Positions 38,252-47,045 of a DNA stretch of 64,000 bases are shown piece after piece (within the stretch, counting starts at the first letter, position 1; each line of letters begins with the position of its first letter). Made by a program: the position numbers and the translations under genes. Source of the stretch: Microgenomates group bacterium (lineage in GTDB: Bacteria; Patescibacteriota; Microgenomatia; PFEM01; JBNASD01); contig JBNASD010000002.1 in NCBI GenBank assembly GCA_049720225.1, positions 1,622-65,621 on the forward strand. Direction: 5' to 3'. Below the pieces are notes generated by a model, which made no database searches, was not told where the DNA came from, and saw only the letters and a program-made list of their open reading frames with translations.

Positions 38252-38596
38252 TTAAAGGGTAGGAATAGTTAATGTTAATATACTGACGTTAAAGAATACT
38301 TCGATCAATCTAATAATTGCCCAAGCGGCAAAAACAATTACCAAACCAATTAAAGCGGCAGTAATTGTTCCTTGAGCTTTAGCAGTTGCTTCTTTATCTC
38401 CTCCTGAGGTAATCCATTTTATTCCTCCTAAAACTAAAAAAGCAAAAGCAACCAATGCCGCGATGATAAGAATTAGTCTTATTAAAGCAGAAACCAAATC
38501 AGGAATAGTAAATTTAGCTAAATTTTCAAATCCTGCTCCTGGTTCTAGTTTAATGGTTTGGTCAGCGGCTAAAACGATAGATGTTAAAAAATTCAT
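38252..38596 (-). CDS. VirB2/TrbC-like pilin, probable major subunit
   Basis: GGIKWITSGGDKEATAKAQGTITAALIG; ATG 38596 preceded by GGAGGTG SD and TTGAAA-N18-TATAAT. Confidence 0.88.
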   Translation of the reverse strand: MNFLTSIVLAADQTIKLEPGAGFENLAKFTIPDLVSALIRLILIIAALVAFAFLVLGGIKWITSGGDKEATAKAQGTITAALIGLVIVFAAWAIIRLIEVFFNVSILTLTIPTL

Positions 38597-38655
38597 CCTT
38601 TTCACCTCCCTTCTTAATTTTATATTATAAAAAAGTTTAGGAATTTTTTTCAAGT

Positions 38656-39258
38656 TTAATCTCCTGGACAACTGAGATTTCTTCCGCTTACTCTTCCTTT
38701 TGGATCAGGGGTTTTGCTTCCTCCCAAACAAACATATTGGTGGCTGTCGGCATCGCACCACGGATTTTCATAGGCCCATTTTCCCCCGCGATGGTCACAA
38801 ATACAACGGCAGGATTTATAACAATCTCCTTGGTTATAACCTGCAGGACAGCTATATTCTTGACAAATTTGACTTCGACATTGGTCTAAAGAAGGGAGAG
38901 AAACTTTTCCTCCCGAAGGAGGAGATTGCGAGGGTGGAGGAGTGGTTGGCCAAGGAGAAAAAAATCCTCTAACAAATCTTAAAATTGCCCACGCGGAAAA
39001 AGTAATAATTAGACCAATTAAAGCGGCGGTAATGGTACTTTTAGCTTTTGCGACTGCCTCTTTATCTCCGCCTGAGGTAATCCAGCGAATTCCTCCTATA
39101 AGAAGAAGCAAGATAAAAGCAATCAGGGCAATGGTTAAGGCAAGATTTATTAAATTAGAAACCACTAACTGAATATCTAAATTTATCCAACTTTTAATTG
39201 TTGGTGATGCTTCTAAATATTGCCGAATATCGCTAATCACTACTAAGGTGTTGGCCAT
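38656..39258 (-). CDS. VirB2-like pilin with C-terminal Pro linker and 10-Cys domain
   Basis: GGIRWITSGGDKEAVAKAKSTITAALIG followed by PTTPPPSQSPP and a Cys-rich tail. Confidence 0.85.
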   Translation of the reverse strand: MANTLVVISDIRQYLEASPTIKSWINLDIQLVVSNLINLALTIALIAFILLLLIGGIRWITSGGDKEAVAKAKSTITAALIGLIITFSAWAILRFVRGFFSPWPTTPPPSQSPPSGGKVSLPSLDQCRSQICQEYSCPAGYNQGDCYKSCRCICDHRGGKWAYENPWCDADSHQYVCLGGSKTPDPKGRVSGRNLSCPGD

Positions 39259-39668
39259 TCGATTTTTAAAATTTGTAAGAAATCAAAACCCAAGGCTGGC
39301 GCTAAGAAATTTATGATTGCAAAAACCGACATAAAAATCAAAAAACCAATTAGAGCAGAAGTGATTGTTCCTTGGGCCTTGGCCACTTTTTCTTTATCTG
39401 GGCCAGCAGTTAACCAGCGAAAACTTCCCCAAATAAGCATAGCTAAAAGAACAACTCCCACCAATGAGAAAAGAATTTTTAAAGTATTAGCTATTAAAAG
39501 GGCAATGATTTCATGCCCCTCTCCTTTACCTAAATTTGGATTAATAACGGGATTATAAATTCCTTCTGCAGGGAGGAGAGGATTTCCTTCATCGATTCTT
39601 GCTAAAAAATATTTATTGTTAATTGTCGATTTCATTTTATTTTTGGACCTAGCAATGGTATTAACCAT
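39243..39668 (-). CDS. VirB2/TrbC-like pilin
   Basis: GSFRWLTAGPDKEKVAKAQGTITSALIG; start may be at MKST. Confidence 0.85.
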   Translation of the reverse strand: MVNTIARSKNKMKSTINNKYFLARIDEGNPLLPAEGIYNPVINPNLGKGEGHEIIALLIANTLKILFSLVGVVLLAMLIWGSFRWLTAGPDKEKVAKAQGTITSALIGFLIFMSVFAIINFLAPALGFDFLQILKIEWPTP

Positions 39669-40030
39669 TGAACCTCTAGAAATTCAAATCCTAATAAAGA
39701 ACTTAACAAAGACATTACGGCATAAGCGAACACAATAATTAATAAGCCAATTAATGCTGAGGTAATTTTTTTGGTAGCATTGGCAGTTTTTTGTTGGTCT
39801 CCTGCGGCAGTCATAAAACTGTAAGCACCAATAATAAATTGAAAAATAAACCAAATACCGGCAATAATAGTCATTACTCCAATAATTCGGGAAATAATGT
39901 CGGTAAAAACCCTAGCCGAAATGATAATGCTTTTTTCTTCGGCTAAAAAAGACCAAGGACCCAAACCTGGTGTATTTTTTCCACCGATTGGGCCTAAATC
40001 ATATTCTTTTGCTAAAAGATTAGAGACCAT
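39632..40030 (-). CDS. VirB2/TrbC-like pilin
   Basis: GAYSFMTAAGDQQKTANATKKITSALIG. Confidence 0.85.
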   Translation of the reverse strand: MVSNLLAKEYDLGPIGGKNTPGLGPWSFLAEEKSIIISARVFTDIISRIIGVMTIIAGIWFIFQFIIGAYSFMTAAGDQQKTANATKKITSALIGLLIIVFAYAVMSLLSSLLGFEFLEVQWLIPLLGPKIK

Positions 40031-40358
40031 AGATCTTTGGTTTTAAAATGGCGGTTGGATCGCCAAACAATAAATAACCAAAAATAGCCGCTAAAACAAA
40101 TGAGCCTAAAATAAAAAGCAATCCCAACATTGATTGCCAAATTTTTTGCCAGGCGGCCTCCATTTTTTTAGGATCATCGCCTGCCCCTAAAAACCCATAA
40201 CCGGCCAAAATTAAATTAATAAATGCCCAGATTCCCCCGATAACAATTAAAAGCCTAACGAGATTGGTAAAAAAGGGAATTAATCCTGACTGAAAGCCTC
40301 CGTACTTATCATCTGTAAACGGTGGAGGAGGATTAATATTACCAATAATATCTAGCAT
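40020..40358 (-). CDS. VirB2/TrbC-like pilin
   Basis: AGYGFLGAGDDPKKMEAAWQKIWQSMLG. Confidence 0.82.
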   Translation of the reverse strand: MLDIIGNINPPPPFTDDKYGGFQSGLIPFFTNLVRLLIVIGGIWAFINLILAGYGFLGAGDDPKKMEAAWQKIWQSMLGLLFILGSFVLAAIFGYLLFGDPTAILKPKIYGL

Positions 40359-40359
40359 T

Positions 40360-40695
40360 TTAGCGATTAAAAATTTTAATTCCCGTAATCACTTCAATTA
40401 TTTGTATTATCCAATAACTTAAAAAAATAATCAATAACCCTGTTAGGGAAGCGGTAAGAGTTTTTTGCCAGTTTTTGGAAGCTTCTTGATCTCCTTTTCC
40501 GGCATTTATAATAAACATTAAACCAGCAACAAGAACAAGAATAAAAGTAATTACTCCTGCAATAATATAAACATTAGGAAGAATTGCCGAAATAAGACTT
40601 CCTAAACTTTGATATTCAGAAACATTTCCAATTCCTTTGTTGGGTTTTAAAAAAAACTGTTCACCAATATTTACCTGAGCAAGATAATTTTTCAT
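40360..40695 (-). CDS. VirB2/TrbC-like pilin
   Basis: AGLMFIINAGKGDQEASKNWQKTLTASLTGLLIIFLSYWIIQII. Confidence 0.82.
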   Translation of the reverse strand: MKNYLAQVNIGEQFFLKPNKGIGNVSEYQSLGSLISAILPNVYIIAGVITFILVLVAGLMFIINAGKGDQEASKNWQKTLTASLTGLLIIFLSYWIIQIIEVITGIKIFNR

Positions 40696-40754
40696 TTCTT
40701 TAAGTTTAACAATGCCTTTTTAAATAGTCAAATTTTTGCTATAATTTCTGTTTA

Positions 40755-41822
40755 ATGAAGTTTAGTCATTATCTGACTTCTTATATCAATTCCGCTAAAC
40801 CTCTTTTAGATGATTTTTTTGAGGAACAAAAAAATGAAGCCGAAAAAATTTCCCCCTTAGCCGGAGAGATGATTGATTATTATCGCAATTTTATGGAGGG
40901 AGGAAAAATGATTCGGGGGATGTTAACCAAATTGGGTTATGAAATTGCCGGAGGAAAAGAGGAAGAAAAAATTCTTTGGGTTTCTTTATATCCAGAAATC
41001 ATTCATAGTTTTTTGTTAATTCATGATGATATTATGGATGAGGACGAAATAAGAAGGGGAAAACCGACTGCCCATCTTTATTATGCTTTTTTAGGAAGAA
41101 AAAAATATCATTTAAAAGATGCTTCTCACTATGGTTTATCAATGGCGATTGATTTGGGTGATTTAGGAAACTATTTGGCTGGCGAAGCGTTGTTAAAAAG
41201 TAATTTTCCTCCAGAAAAAATATTGGCGTTGATAAAATTGGCCAATCGAATTTTTTTAGATACCGCTTTTGGCCAAGCGTTAGATATTACCGGCGAAGCA
41301 AAGAAAAATTGGAGCAAAAATTATATTTTAAAAATTTTTCTTTTTAAAACCGCCCGTTATTCGGTAGTTGGCCCTTTACAATTTGGAGCAGTTTTGGCGA
41401 ATGCTAATAAAAAATTCTTAAACGCCTTTAAAAATTATGGAGAAGCGGTGGGAATTGCTTTTCAAATTCAGGATGATATTTTGGGAATGTTTGGAGAAGA
41501 AGAAATTGTTGGTAAAGATACCGGAAAAAGGGATATAAAGGAAGGAAAATTAACTTTATTAATTGAAGAAGCTCAAAAAAGAGCTTCACCTGAACAAAAA
41601 TTGTTTCTAAAAAGGGTTTACGGAAAAAGGGATATTTCTTCTAAAGAAGTAAAGGAAGTAAAAGAAATTATCATTAATACCGGTGCTTTAGAATATTGCC
41701 AAAAATATGCTCAAAAGTTGGTAGAAAAAGGAAAAAAATTTATTCCCCAAATTACTCCCTTAAAAGATTTTCAGGAAGTTTTAGAAACTTTTGCTGATTT
41801 TGTAATTGAAAGAAAAAAATGA
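40755..41822 (+). CDS. Short-chain trans-polyprenyl diphosphate synthase (IdsA/GGPPS-like)
   Basis: GGKMIRG, FLLIHDDIMD (FARM, Phe at -5), RRGKPT, GQALD, KTA, FQIQDD. Confidence 0.92.
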   Translation: MKFSHYLTSYINSAKPLLDDFFEEQKNEAEKISPLAGEMIDYYRNFMEGGKMIRGMLTKLGYEIAGGKEEEKILWVSLYPEIIHSFLLIHDDIMDEDEIRRGKPTAHLYYAFLGRKKYHLKDASHYGLSMAIDLGDLGNYLAGEALLKSNFPPEKILALIKLANRIFLDTAFGQALDITGEAKKNWSKNYILKIFLFKTARYSVVGPLQFGAVLANANKKFLNAFKNYGEAVGIAFQIQDDILGMFGEEEIVGKDTGKRDIKEGKLTLLIEEAQKRASPEQKLFLKRVYGKRDISSKEVKEVKEIIINTGALEYCQKYAQKLVEKGKKFIPQITPLKDFQEVLETFADFVIERKK

Positions 41823-42322
41823 GAAAGAAAGAAATTTTTAGCCGTTATTTAATTAATCGTCTTTATCAATTTATTTATTGGCGGACAAAAAATAAAGATG
41901 ATGCCGAGGAAATTTTGCAAGAAACCTTAAAAAATGCTTGGCAATGTTTGTCGCTTTATTCTAAAAAATCATCCTTTTTTACTTGGCTTTGCGGAATTGC
42001 TAAACATGAGATTGCCGATTATTACCGCAAGAAAAAGATAAAAACGATTTTGTTTTCTTGGTTTCCTTGGTTGGAGAATTTAGTCAGCGAAGCTTTAGGA
42101 CCGGAGCAAGAATTTTTGAAAAAGGAATTTTTAAAAAGAGTTAATGAAACTTTTAATCAATTATCCGAAGGATATCGGGAGGTTTTACGACTAAAGTATA
42201 TAGAGGGACTAACCGTTAAGGAAATTGCCCAAAAATTAAATGAAACCGTTAAAGCCATTGAATCACGGCTTTTCCGCGCCCGAAAAGCTTTTACCAAAGC
42301 TTTTGCTGCTAACTATTCTTAA
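41819..42322 (+). CDS. ECF-type sigma factor
   Basis: DAEEILQET, SFFTWLCGIAKHEIADYYRK (region 2); YREVLRLKYIEGLTVKEIA...ESRLFRAR (region 4). Confidence 0.9.
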   Translation: MRKKEIFSRYLINRLYQFIYWRTKNKDDAEEILQETLKNAWQCLSLYSKKSSFFTWLCGIAKHEIADYYRKKKIKTILFSWFPWLENLVSEALGPEQEFLKKEFLKRVNETFNQLSEGYREVLRLKYIEGLTVKEIAQKLNETVKAIESRLFRARKAFTKAFAANYS

Positions 42323-42617
42323 AGAAGGTTATCTTCTTTTGGCAAATACTTACGGATTTTTGGTTCACCCCTATTTAACCTTAAAAAAAATTTCTCAGGA
42401 TCGGTCACAGGGATTGATTTTTTTAAGTTTATGGTTGGGAGGATGGTTGGCGGTAGGAATTTTTTTAGTTTTAGGGAAGTTAATTGTTTGGTTTTTTCCT
42501 GATTTTTGGTGGGTTAAAAAATTTTTTTGGTTAATTGCTTTGGGAGGAGGATTTTTTCTTTTGGTTTTTAGCTTGTATTTAGGTTACTGGTTAGTTATTT
42601 TTTGGAGGAAAAAATGA
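42240..42617 (+). CDS. Two-TM membrane protein overlapping the ECF sigma gene (possible anti-sigma)
   Basis: HPYLTLKKISQDRSQ followed by two hydrophobic helices; start uncertain (possibly TTG near 42303). Confidence 0.6.
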   Translation: MKPLKPLNHGFSAPEKLLPKLLLLTILKEGYLLLANTYGFLVHPYLTLKKISQDRSQGLIFLSLWLGGWLAVGIFLVLGKLIVWFFPDFWWVKKFFWLIALGGGFFLLVFSLYLGYWLVIFWRKK

Positions 42618-42832
42618 GTATCCCGCAAAATTGGCGATTGGGACCAATTATATTGACATTAACCGGAGAACAGTGCGGAGGGTGTGGAGAAAAAATTTTC
42701 CCCCCCCGAGATTTATGTCCTAAATGTAGAGAAAGAGTTTTGCCAGAAGGAAATAACTTGGCAAAAGAGATTAGAGAAGGACGTACTCCCGCGCCGAAAA
42801 TTTTTTATGGAGGAAAAGAAAGAGAAATTTGA
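42614..42832 (+). CDS. Zinc-ribbon protein, DUF35 N-terminal-like (no OB fold)
   Basis: MSIPQNWRL...GEQCGGCGEKIFPPRDLCPKC. Confidence 0.75.
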   Translation: MSIPQNWRLGPIILTLTGEQCGGCGEKIFPPRDLCPKCRERVLPEGNNLAKEIREGRTPAPKIFYGGKEREI

Positions 42833-42885
42833 TTTTTCTTTTTGAAGTGCTAAAATTTACCAGTTTAATTAAACAACCAATTTAA

Positions 42886-43605
42886 ATGAGTAAACAAAGA
42901 AAAATTAAATTGGATCCAAACAATATCCCTAAACATATTGGGATTATTATGGATGGTAATCGCCGTTGGGCAGCAAAAAGAGGGTTAACGCCGACTCAAG
43001 GGCATGAAGCAGGAGTAAAAGCTTTGGTAAAAATCGTTGAGCATTGTTTAGATTTAGGGGTAAAAACTTTAACCGTTTATGCTTTGTCCACAGAAAATTG
43101 GCGAAAAAGAGCCAAAGAGGAGGTAAGAGGAATTTTTAATTTGCTAGTAAGAATAGTTCAAGAAAAAAAGAAGGAGTATCAAGAAAAAGGGATTAAAGTG
43201 TCGGTTTTGGGTGATTTTCAGGCTTTTCCCCGGAAGGTAGTGCGGGCAATAAAGGAAATTTTATCAATTGTTAAGAAAAACGAGAGATTAAAATTAAATA
43301 TCGCTTTAAATTATGGAGGAAGAAATGAAATTTTAAGGGCGGTAAAAAAAATTATTGCCGAAGGAATTCCCCCAGAAAAATTAACGGAAGAAAATTTTAG
43401 TAAATTTTTATATACCAATGGGGAACCAGATCCTGATTTAATTATTCGTACGGGAGGAGAAATTCGCCTTTCTAATTTTTTACTTTGGCAAATGAGTTAT
43501 TCTGAGCTCTATTTTACTGATACGTTGTGGCCTGATTTTACGCCGGAAAAATTAGATGAAGCAATTGCTGATTATCAAAAAAGACAAAGAAGGTTTGGGA
43601 AATAA
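42886..43605 (+). CDS. uppS: Undecaprenyl diphosphate synthase
   Basis: HIGIIMDGNRRWA, STENWRKR, NYGGR, PDLIIRTGGEIRLSNFLLWQ, RRFG. Confidence 0.97.
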   Translation: MSKQRKIKLDPNNIPKHIGIIMDGNRRWAAKRGLTPTQGHEAGVKALVKIVEHCLDLGVKTLTVYALSTENWRKRAKEEVRGIFNLLVRIVQEKKKEYQEKGIKVSVLGDFQAFPRKVVRAIKEILSIVKKNERLKLNIALNYGGRNEILRAVKKIIAEGIPPEKLTEENFSKFLYTNGEPDPDLIIRTGGEIRLSNFLLWQMSYSELYFTDTLWPDFTPEKLDEAIADYQKRQRRFGK

Positions 43606-43620
43606 TTCAATTTTAAATTG

Positions 43621-43956
43621 TTAAAATATTGTGATTCCCAATATTACTTCCAAAATTTGAGTGAGCCAGTAGGCTAAAAAAATGATTAAGAAGCCAATTA
43701 AGGCAGAAGTAATTCTTCCTTGGGCTTTTTTGGTTGTTTCCGGATTTCCTCCTGAGGTTAAGAGTTCAAATCCTCCCCAAATTAACATTCCAAACAGAAT
43801 TAAACCGGCAATAATAAACAAATAAGGTAAAAGGGCAGAAATAATTTCTCCTAAGGTTAAATCAGTTTTGCTAAGATCAATTTTTGGCGTAACCGTTGGT
43901 TTTAAGGCGTCTTTTAGTGTTTTAAAATCAATTTGAGCTAAAAGTTTTTTTTCCAT
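43621..43956 (-). CDS. VirB2/TrbC-like pilin
   Basis: GGFELLTSGGNPETTKKAQGRITSALIG. Confidence 0.87.
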   Translation of the reverse strand: MEKKLLAQIDFKTLKDALKPTVTPKIDLSKTDLTLGEIISALLPYLFIIAGLILFGMLIWGGFELLTSGGNPETTKKAQGRITSALIGFLIIFLAYWLTQILEVILGITIF

Positions 43957-44498
43957 TATGGTGTACCAAAACCGGGAATATTTAAAATTTTTACCCCAAT
44001 TAATTCTAACAAAAATATTGAAAAAAGAATAAATAAAAGACCACTTAAGGCGGAGGTGATCATTTCTTGACCGGCTTTAACATTTTCGGGATTACCAGCG
44101 GAGGTGAGAATTTTGATTGCCCCAAAAATGATTAACAAAAAACCAATTCCCCCCCCAATACCAATAGCAAATTTTAAAAACCAGACTACAAAACCATTCG
44201 GTTTAATAGGAATACATCCTAAGGCAGTTTGAATTCCTTCTTGATCTTCTCCGTTACAAGCTACCAGCTGCCTGTAGGTAGGTATACAACATTTTGTTGG
44301 TCCTCCTCTTGTAGGTGGGCAGTCTTTTTTTCCAACATCTATTGGTTTGTCCGAAGGACAATTGACTCCTGCAGGACGACATTCGCCTCCAATTTTTCTA
44401 CAATCATTACCCGCCTCAGCCAAAACATTTTTGGGAAATAAAAAGAAAGAAACAATTAAAAATAAATTAAAAAAGATTAAAAAAACTATCTTTTTCAT
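43956..44498 (-). CDS. VirB2-like pilin with N-terminal 6-Cys defensin-like module
   Basis: Signal peptide ending NVLA-E; C-x6-C-x6-C-x12-C-x9-CC; GIQTALGCIP; ILTSAGNPENVKAGQEMITSALSG. Confidence 0.82.
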   Translation of the reverse strand: MKKIVFLIFFNLFLIVSFFLFPKNVLAEAGNDCRKIGGECRPAGVNCPSDKPIDVGKKDCPPTRGGPTKCCIPTYRQLVACNGEDQEGIQTALGCIPIKPNGFVVWFLKFAIGIGGGIGFLLIIFGAIKILTSAGNPENVKAGQEMITSALSGLLFILFSIFLLELIGVKILNIPGFGTP

Positions 44499-44514
44499 TT
44501 TTAAAAAGTTTAAC

Positions 44515-44556
44515 ATAAGAAAGAAGAAAGAAGCAATAAGAAAGACAGAATACGAA
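44515..44556. repeat. Six tandem degenerate heptamers
   Basis: ATAAGAA-AGAAGAA-AGAAGCA-ATAAGAA-AGACAGA-ATACGAA. Confidence 0.65.
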
Positions 44557-44606
44557 ATTAGGTAGAGTTAAAGCGAAAAGGAGGAAGCGTGATATACTTA
44601 AAATAA

Positions 44607-46352
44607 ATGAAAAAGAAATTAAGGTACTTTATTATCTTTTTTTTTCTTTTTTCTTTTTCTTTTTTAACTTTTAATTTTTCCTTTGCTGCTACCTGTAATA
44701 CTGCCGATTGTTCTTCTCCTGAGGATTGTCAGCAAAAAATTAAGGAATGTGAGGAAATCATTAATGCTTATCAACCCGCTCAAGAGAAAAATAAGGAACA
44801 ACTGGTAACTTTAGAAAAACAAATTAACAATTTAGAAAAATTAATTAAAAATGCTGAAGAGCAAATTAAAAGGTTAGAAAAAGAAATTTTGGTTCGTTCA
44901 GAAAAATTAGAATCTCAAAGAGAAATTTTTAATACTCGGGTGAGAAATTACTATATTCGTTCTCAATATTTTTCTCCCTTTTTAATTTTTTTAGCTTCAG
45001 AGAATGCCAATGTTTTAACTCGGGAACTTTCTTATCGGCTGGCAGTAGCCAATGAAGACAAAAAATTAATTATTAAAATTGCCGGCGAATTGGCAAAATT
45101 AGAAGAAGATAAACAAAATTTAGCGAAAAATAAAAATTGGTTAGCCAAAAGCAAAGAAAATCTTAATAAACAGTTTGCTTTTTTAAAAAGCGAAATAGAA
45201 AAGGTAGATCAATTTTTAGGCGAAGTTAAGGGGAAAATTGCCGCTTTATCTGCTCGCCAAAAAGCTTTACTTTCCGCCAGAGCCGGAACTTTTACTTCTT
45301 CGGTAGGAGAGGTGCCTGTTAGTTCCATTCCTTGTTCGGGACCGCCGGGAAGTCCTACTTATTGTGATCCGGGACCAGGCAATTGGTTTGCCGCTTTTTC
45401 TTTTGGCGCTTGGACTCATCGGAAGGGTTTAAGTCAATATGGAGCTAAGGGAAGAGCCGAGGCTGGACAAAACTATAAAGAAATCTTGCGTGCTTATTAT
45501 GGAAGAGAACCAGTAAAAAAAGATATTGGGGGGACAATTTCGGTAATTGGGTTTGGAGAATTGGATTTTGAATATTATTTGTTAGGAATTGCCGAGATGC
45601 CTTCTTCGTGGCATTCGGAAGCCTTAAAAGCTCAGGCGGTGGCGGCGCGTTCTTATGCCTACCGTTATAAACAACAAGGAAAGGCAATCTGCACTACTCA
45701 AGCCTGTCAAGTTTTTTCTAAAAGTAAAGCAGATAATCCTCCGGCAGAGTGGCGGAAAGCGGTAGAGGAAACAAGAGGAGAAATTGTGGAAGAAGTGATT
45801 GCTTTTTATTCCTCAACTGCCGGCGGTTATTTAACTTATCCTTCGGCTTTTTGGGATACTACTGATGGGCAAGGAGGTCCAGGATTTGCTTCCCGAGCTT
45901 GGGAAAGTAAAGGTGGTTCTCCTTGGTTTTATTCTTCTTGGTATACCCAAAGCTACAAAGCGGACTCTCCCAAATGTGGTCGAAGCCATCCTTGGTTAAG
46001 CGAGCAAGAAATGGCGGATATTTTAAATGCTTGGTTTGTTTTAAATAAGCAAGGAGGAGATGAAAGAATTCTCCCGGTGACAATTAATCAATGTCCGGTC
46101 GATGGAGGAGGGGGGAATCCTTATTCTTTAGAAGAATTAAAAAATAAAGCCCAAAGTTTAGGAGGTGCCTTTACCAATGTAAATTCCGTTCGGGTTGTTT
46201 ATAGTAATAACGGGGAAACCGCCCAAGTAATTTTTCAAACCAATAAAGGAGAAGTTAATATTTCTGGTCAAGAATTTAAACAGGCTTTTAATTTAAGAGC
46301 TCCCGGTTATATTGCCATTCGTAGTCCGCTTTTTAATGTTGAAAAAAAATGA
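44607..46352 (+). CDS. Secreted coiled-coil + SpoIID/LytB domain protein (peptidoglycan lytic enzyme)
   Basis: Signal peptide; PcsB-like coiled coil; HRKGLSQYGAKGRA, YLLGIAEMP..W..EALKAQAVAARSYA, CTTQACQVF. Confidence 0.85.
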   Translation: MKKKLRYFIIFFFLFSFSFLTFNFSFAATCNTADCSSPEDCQQKIKECEEIINAYQPAQEKNKEQLVTLEKQINNLEKLIKNAEEQIKRLEKEILVRSEKLESQREIFNTRVRNYYIRSQYFSPFLIFLASENANVLTRELSYRLAVANEDKKLIIKIAGELAKLEEDKQNLAKNKNWLAKSKENLNKQFAFLKSEIEKVDQFLGEVKGKIAALSARQKALLSARAGTFTSSVGEVPVSSIPCSGPPGSPTYCDPGPGNWFAAFSFGAWTHRKGLSQYGAKGRAEAGQNYKEILRAYYGREPVKKDIGGTISVIGFGELDFEYYLLGIAEMPSSWHSEALKAQAVAARSYAYRYKQQGKAICTTQACQVFSKSKADNPPAEWRKAVEETRGEIVEEVIAFYSSTAGGYLTYPSAFWDTTDGQGGPGFASRAWESKGGSPWFYSSWYTQSYKADSPKCGRSHPWLSEQEMADILNAWFVLNKQGGDERILPVTINQCPVDGGGGNPYSLEELKNKAQSLGGAFTNVNSVRVVYSNNGETAQVIFQTNKGEVNISGQEFKQAFNLRAPGYIAIRSPLFNVEKK

Positions 46353-46388
46353 TAGAATAAAATCGATTAAAGGATTTTAATTAAAAAA

Positions 46389-47045
46389 GTGCCAGACATT
46401 TTTGTTACCCACGAGGAAAAGAAAATAAATATCTCTGAAACTCGAAAAAAAATAAAGGAAGAGTTAAATCAACTTTTGGGAAAAAGTTCACAGTTTTTGG
46501 CTTCTTTTATTCCCCAACCACGAAATTTAAGATTTGAAACCCAAGAAAAAGAAGAAAAAATTATTTTGCTTTTGCGTCGTCACCCCATCACTCTTCTTCC
46601 TTGGGTAATTTTAGTAGTCCTTCTTTTGGTAGCTCCCTTTTTTCTTTTAAAAGTTATCTCTTTTGAATTTCTTCCTGAAAACTTTCGGATTGTTTTTTTT
46701 CTTTCTTGGTATCTTTTTACTTTTGCTTTGGCTTTTGAAAAATTTTTAACTTGGTTTTTTAATGTCAATATTCTTACTGACGAACGGATAATTGATATTA
46801 ATTTTCCTACTTTACTTTATCGCGAAATTAGTGAAGCAAAATTGGATCGAATTCAAGATGTGAGTGTAAAAACTGGAGGATATATTCGCTCTTTATTTAA
46901 TTTTGGGGATGTGACTATTCAAACTGCAGGAGCAGTTCCAGAAATTTGTTTTGAAGATGTTCCTAATCCCCAACGGGTTTCGCAGGTAATTAATCAATTA
47001 CTTTATGAAGAAGAACTGGAAAAAATGGAGGGAAGAGTAAAATGA
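46389..47045 (+). CDS. Membrane protein with bacterial PH domain
   Basis: LLRRHPITL, two TMs, ILTDERIIDI, IQDVSV, FNFGDVTIQTAG. Confidence 0.85.
   Translation: MPDIFVTHEEKKINISETRKKIKEELNQLLGKSSQFLASFIPQPRNLRFETQEKEEKIILLLRRHPITLLPWVILVVLLLVAPFFLLKVISFEFLPENFRIVFFLSWYLFTFALAFEKFLTWFFNVNILTDERIIDINFPTLLYREISEAKLDRIQDVSVKTGGYIRSLFNFGDVTIQTAGAVPEICFEDVPNPQRVSQVINQLLYEEELEKMEGRVK

Noticed and set aside
37869-40695. Pilin array as a DGR target or recombinational phase-variation cassette set
   Set aside because: The paralogues are too diverged at DNA level, no adenine-specific TR/VR pair is visible, and there is no reverse transcriptase or invertase in the window.
24761-44498. Interpretation as an ICE, prophage or integrated plasmid
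   Set aside because: No integrase, relaxase, coupling protein, phage structural genes or flanking direct repeats were seen, and housekeeping uppS/idsA genes are interleaved.
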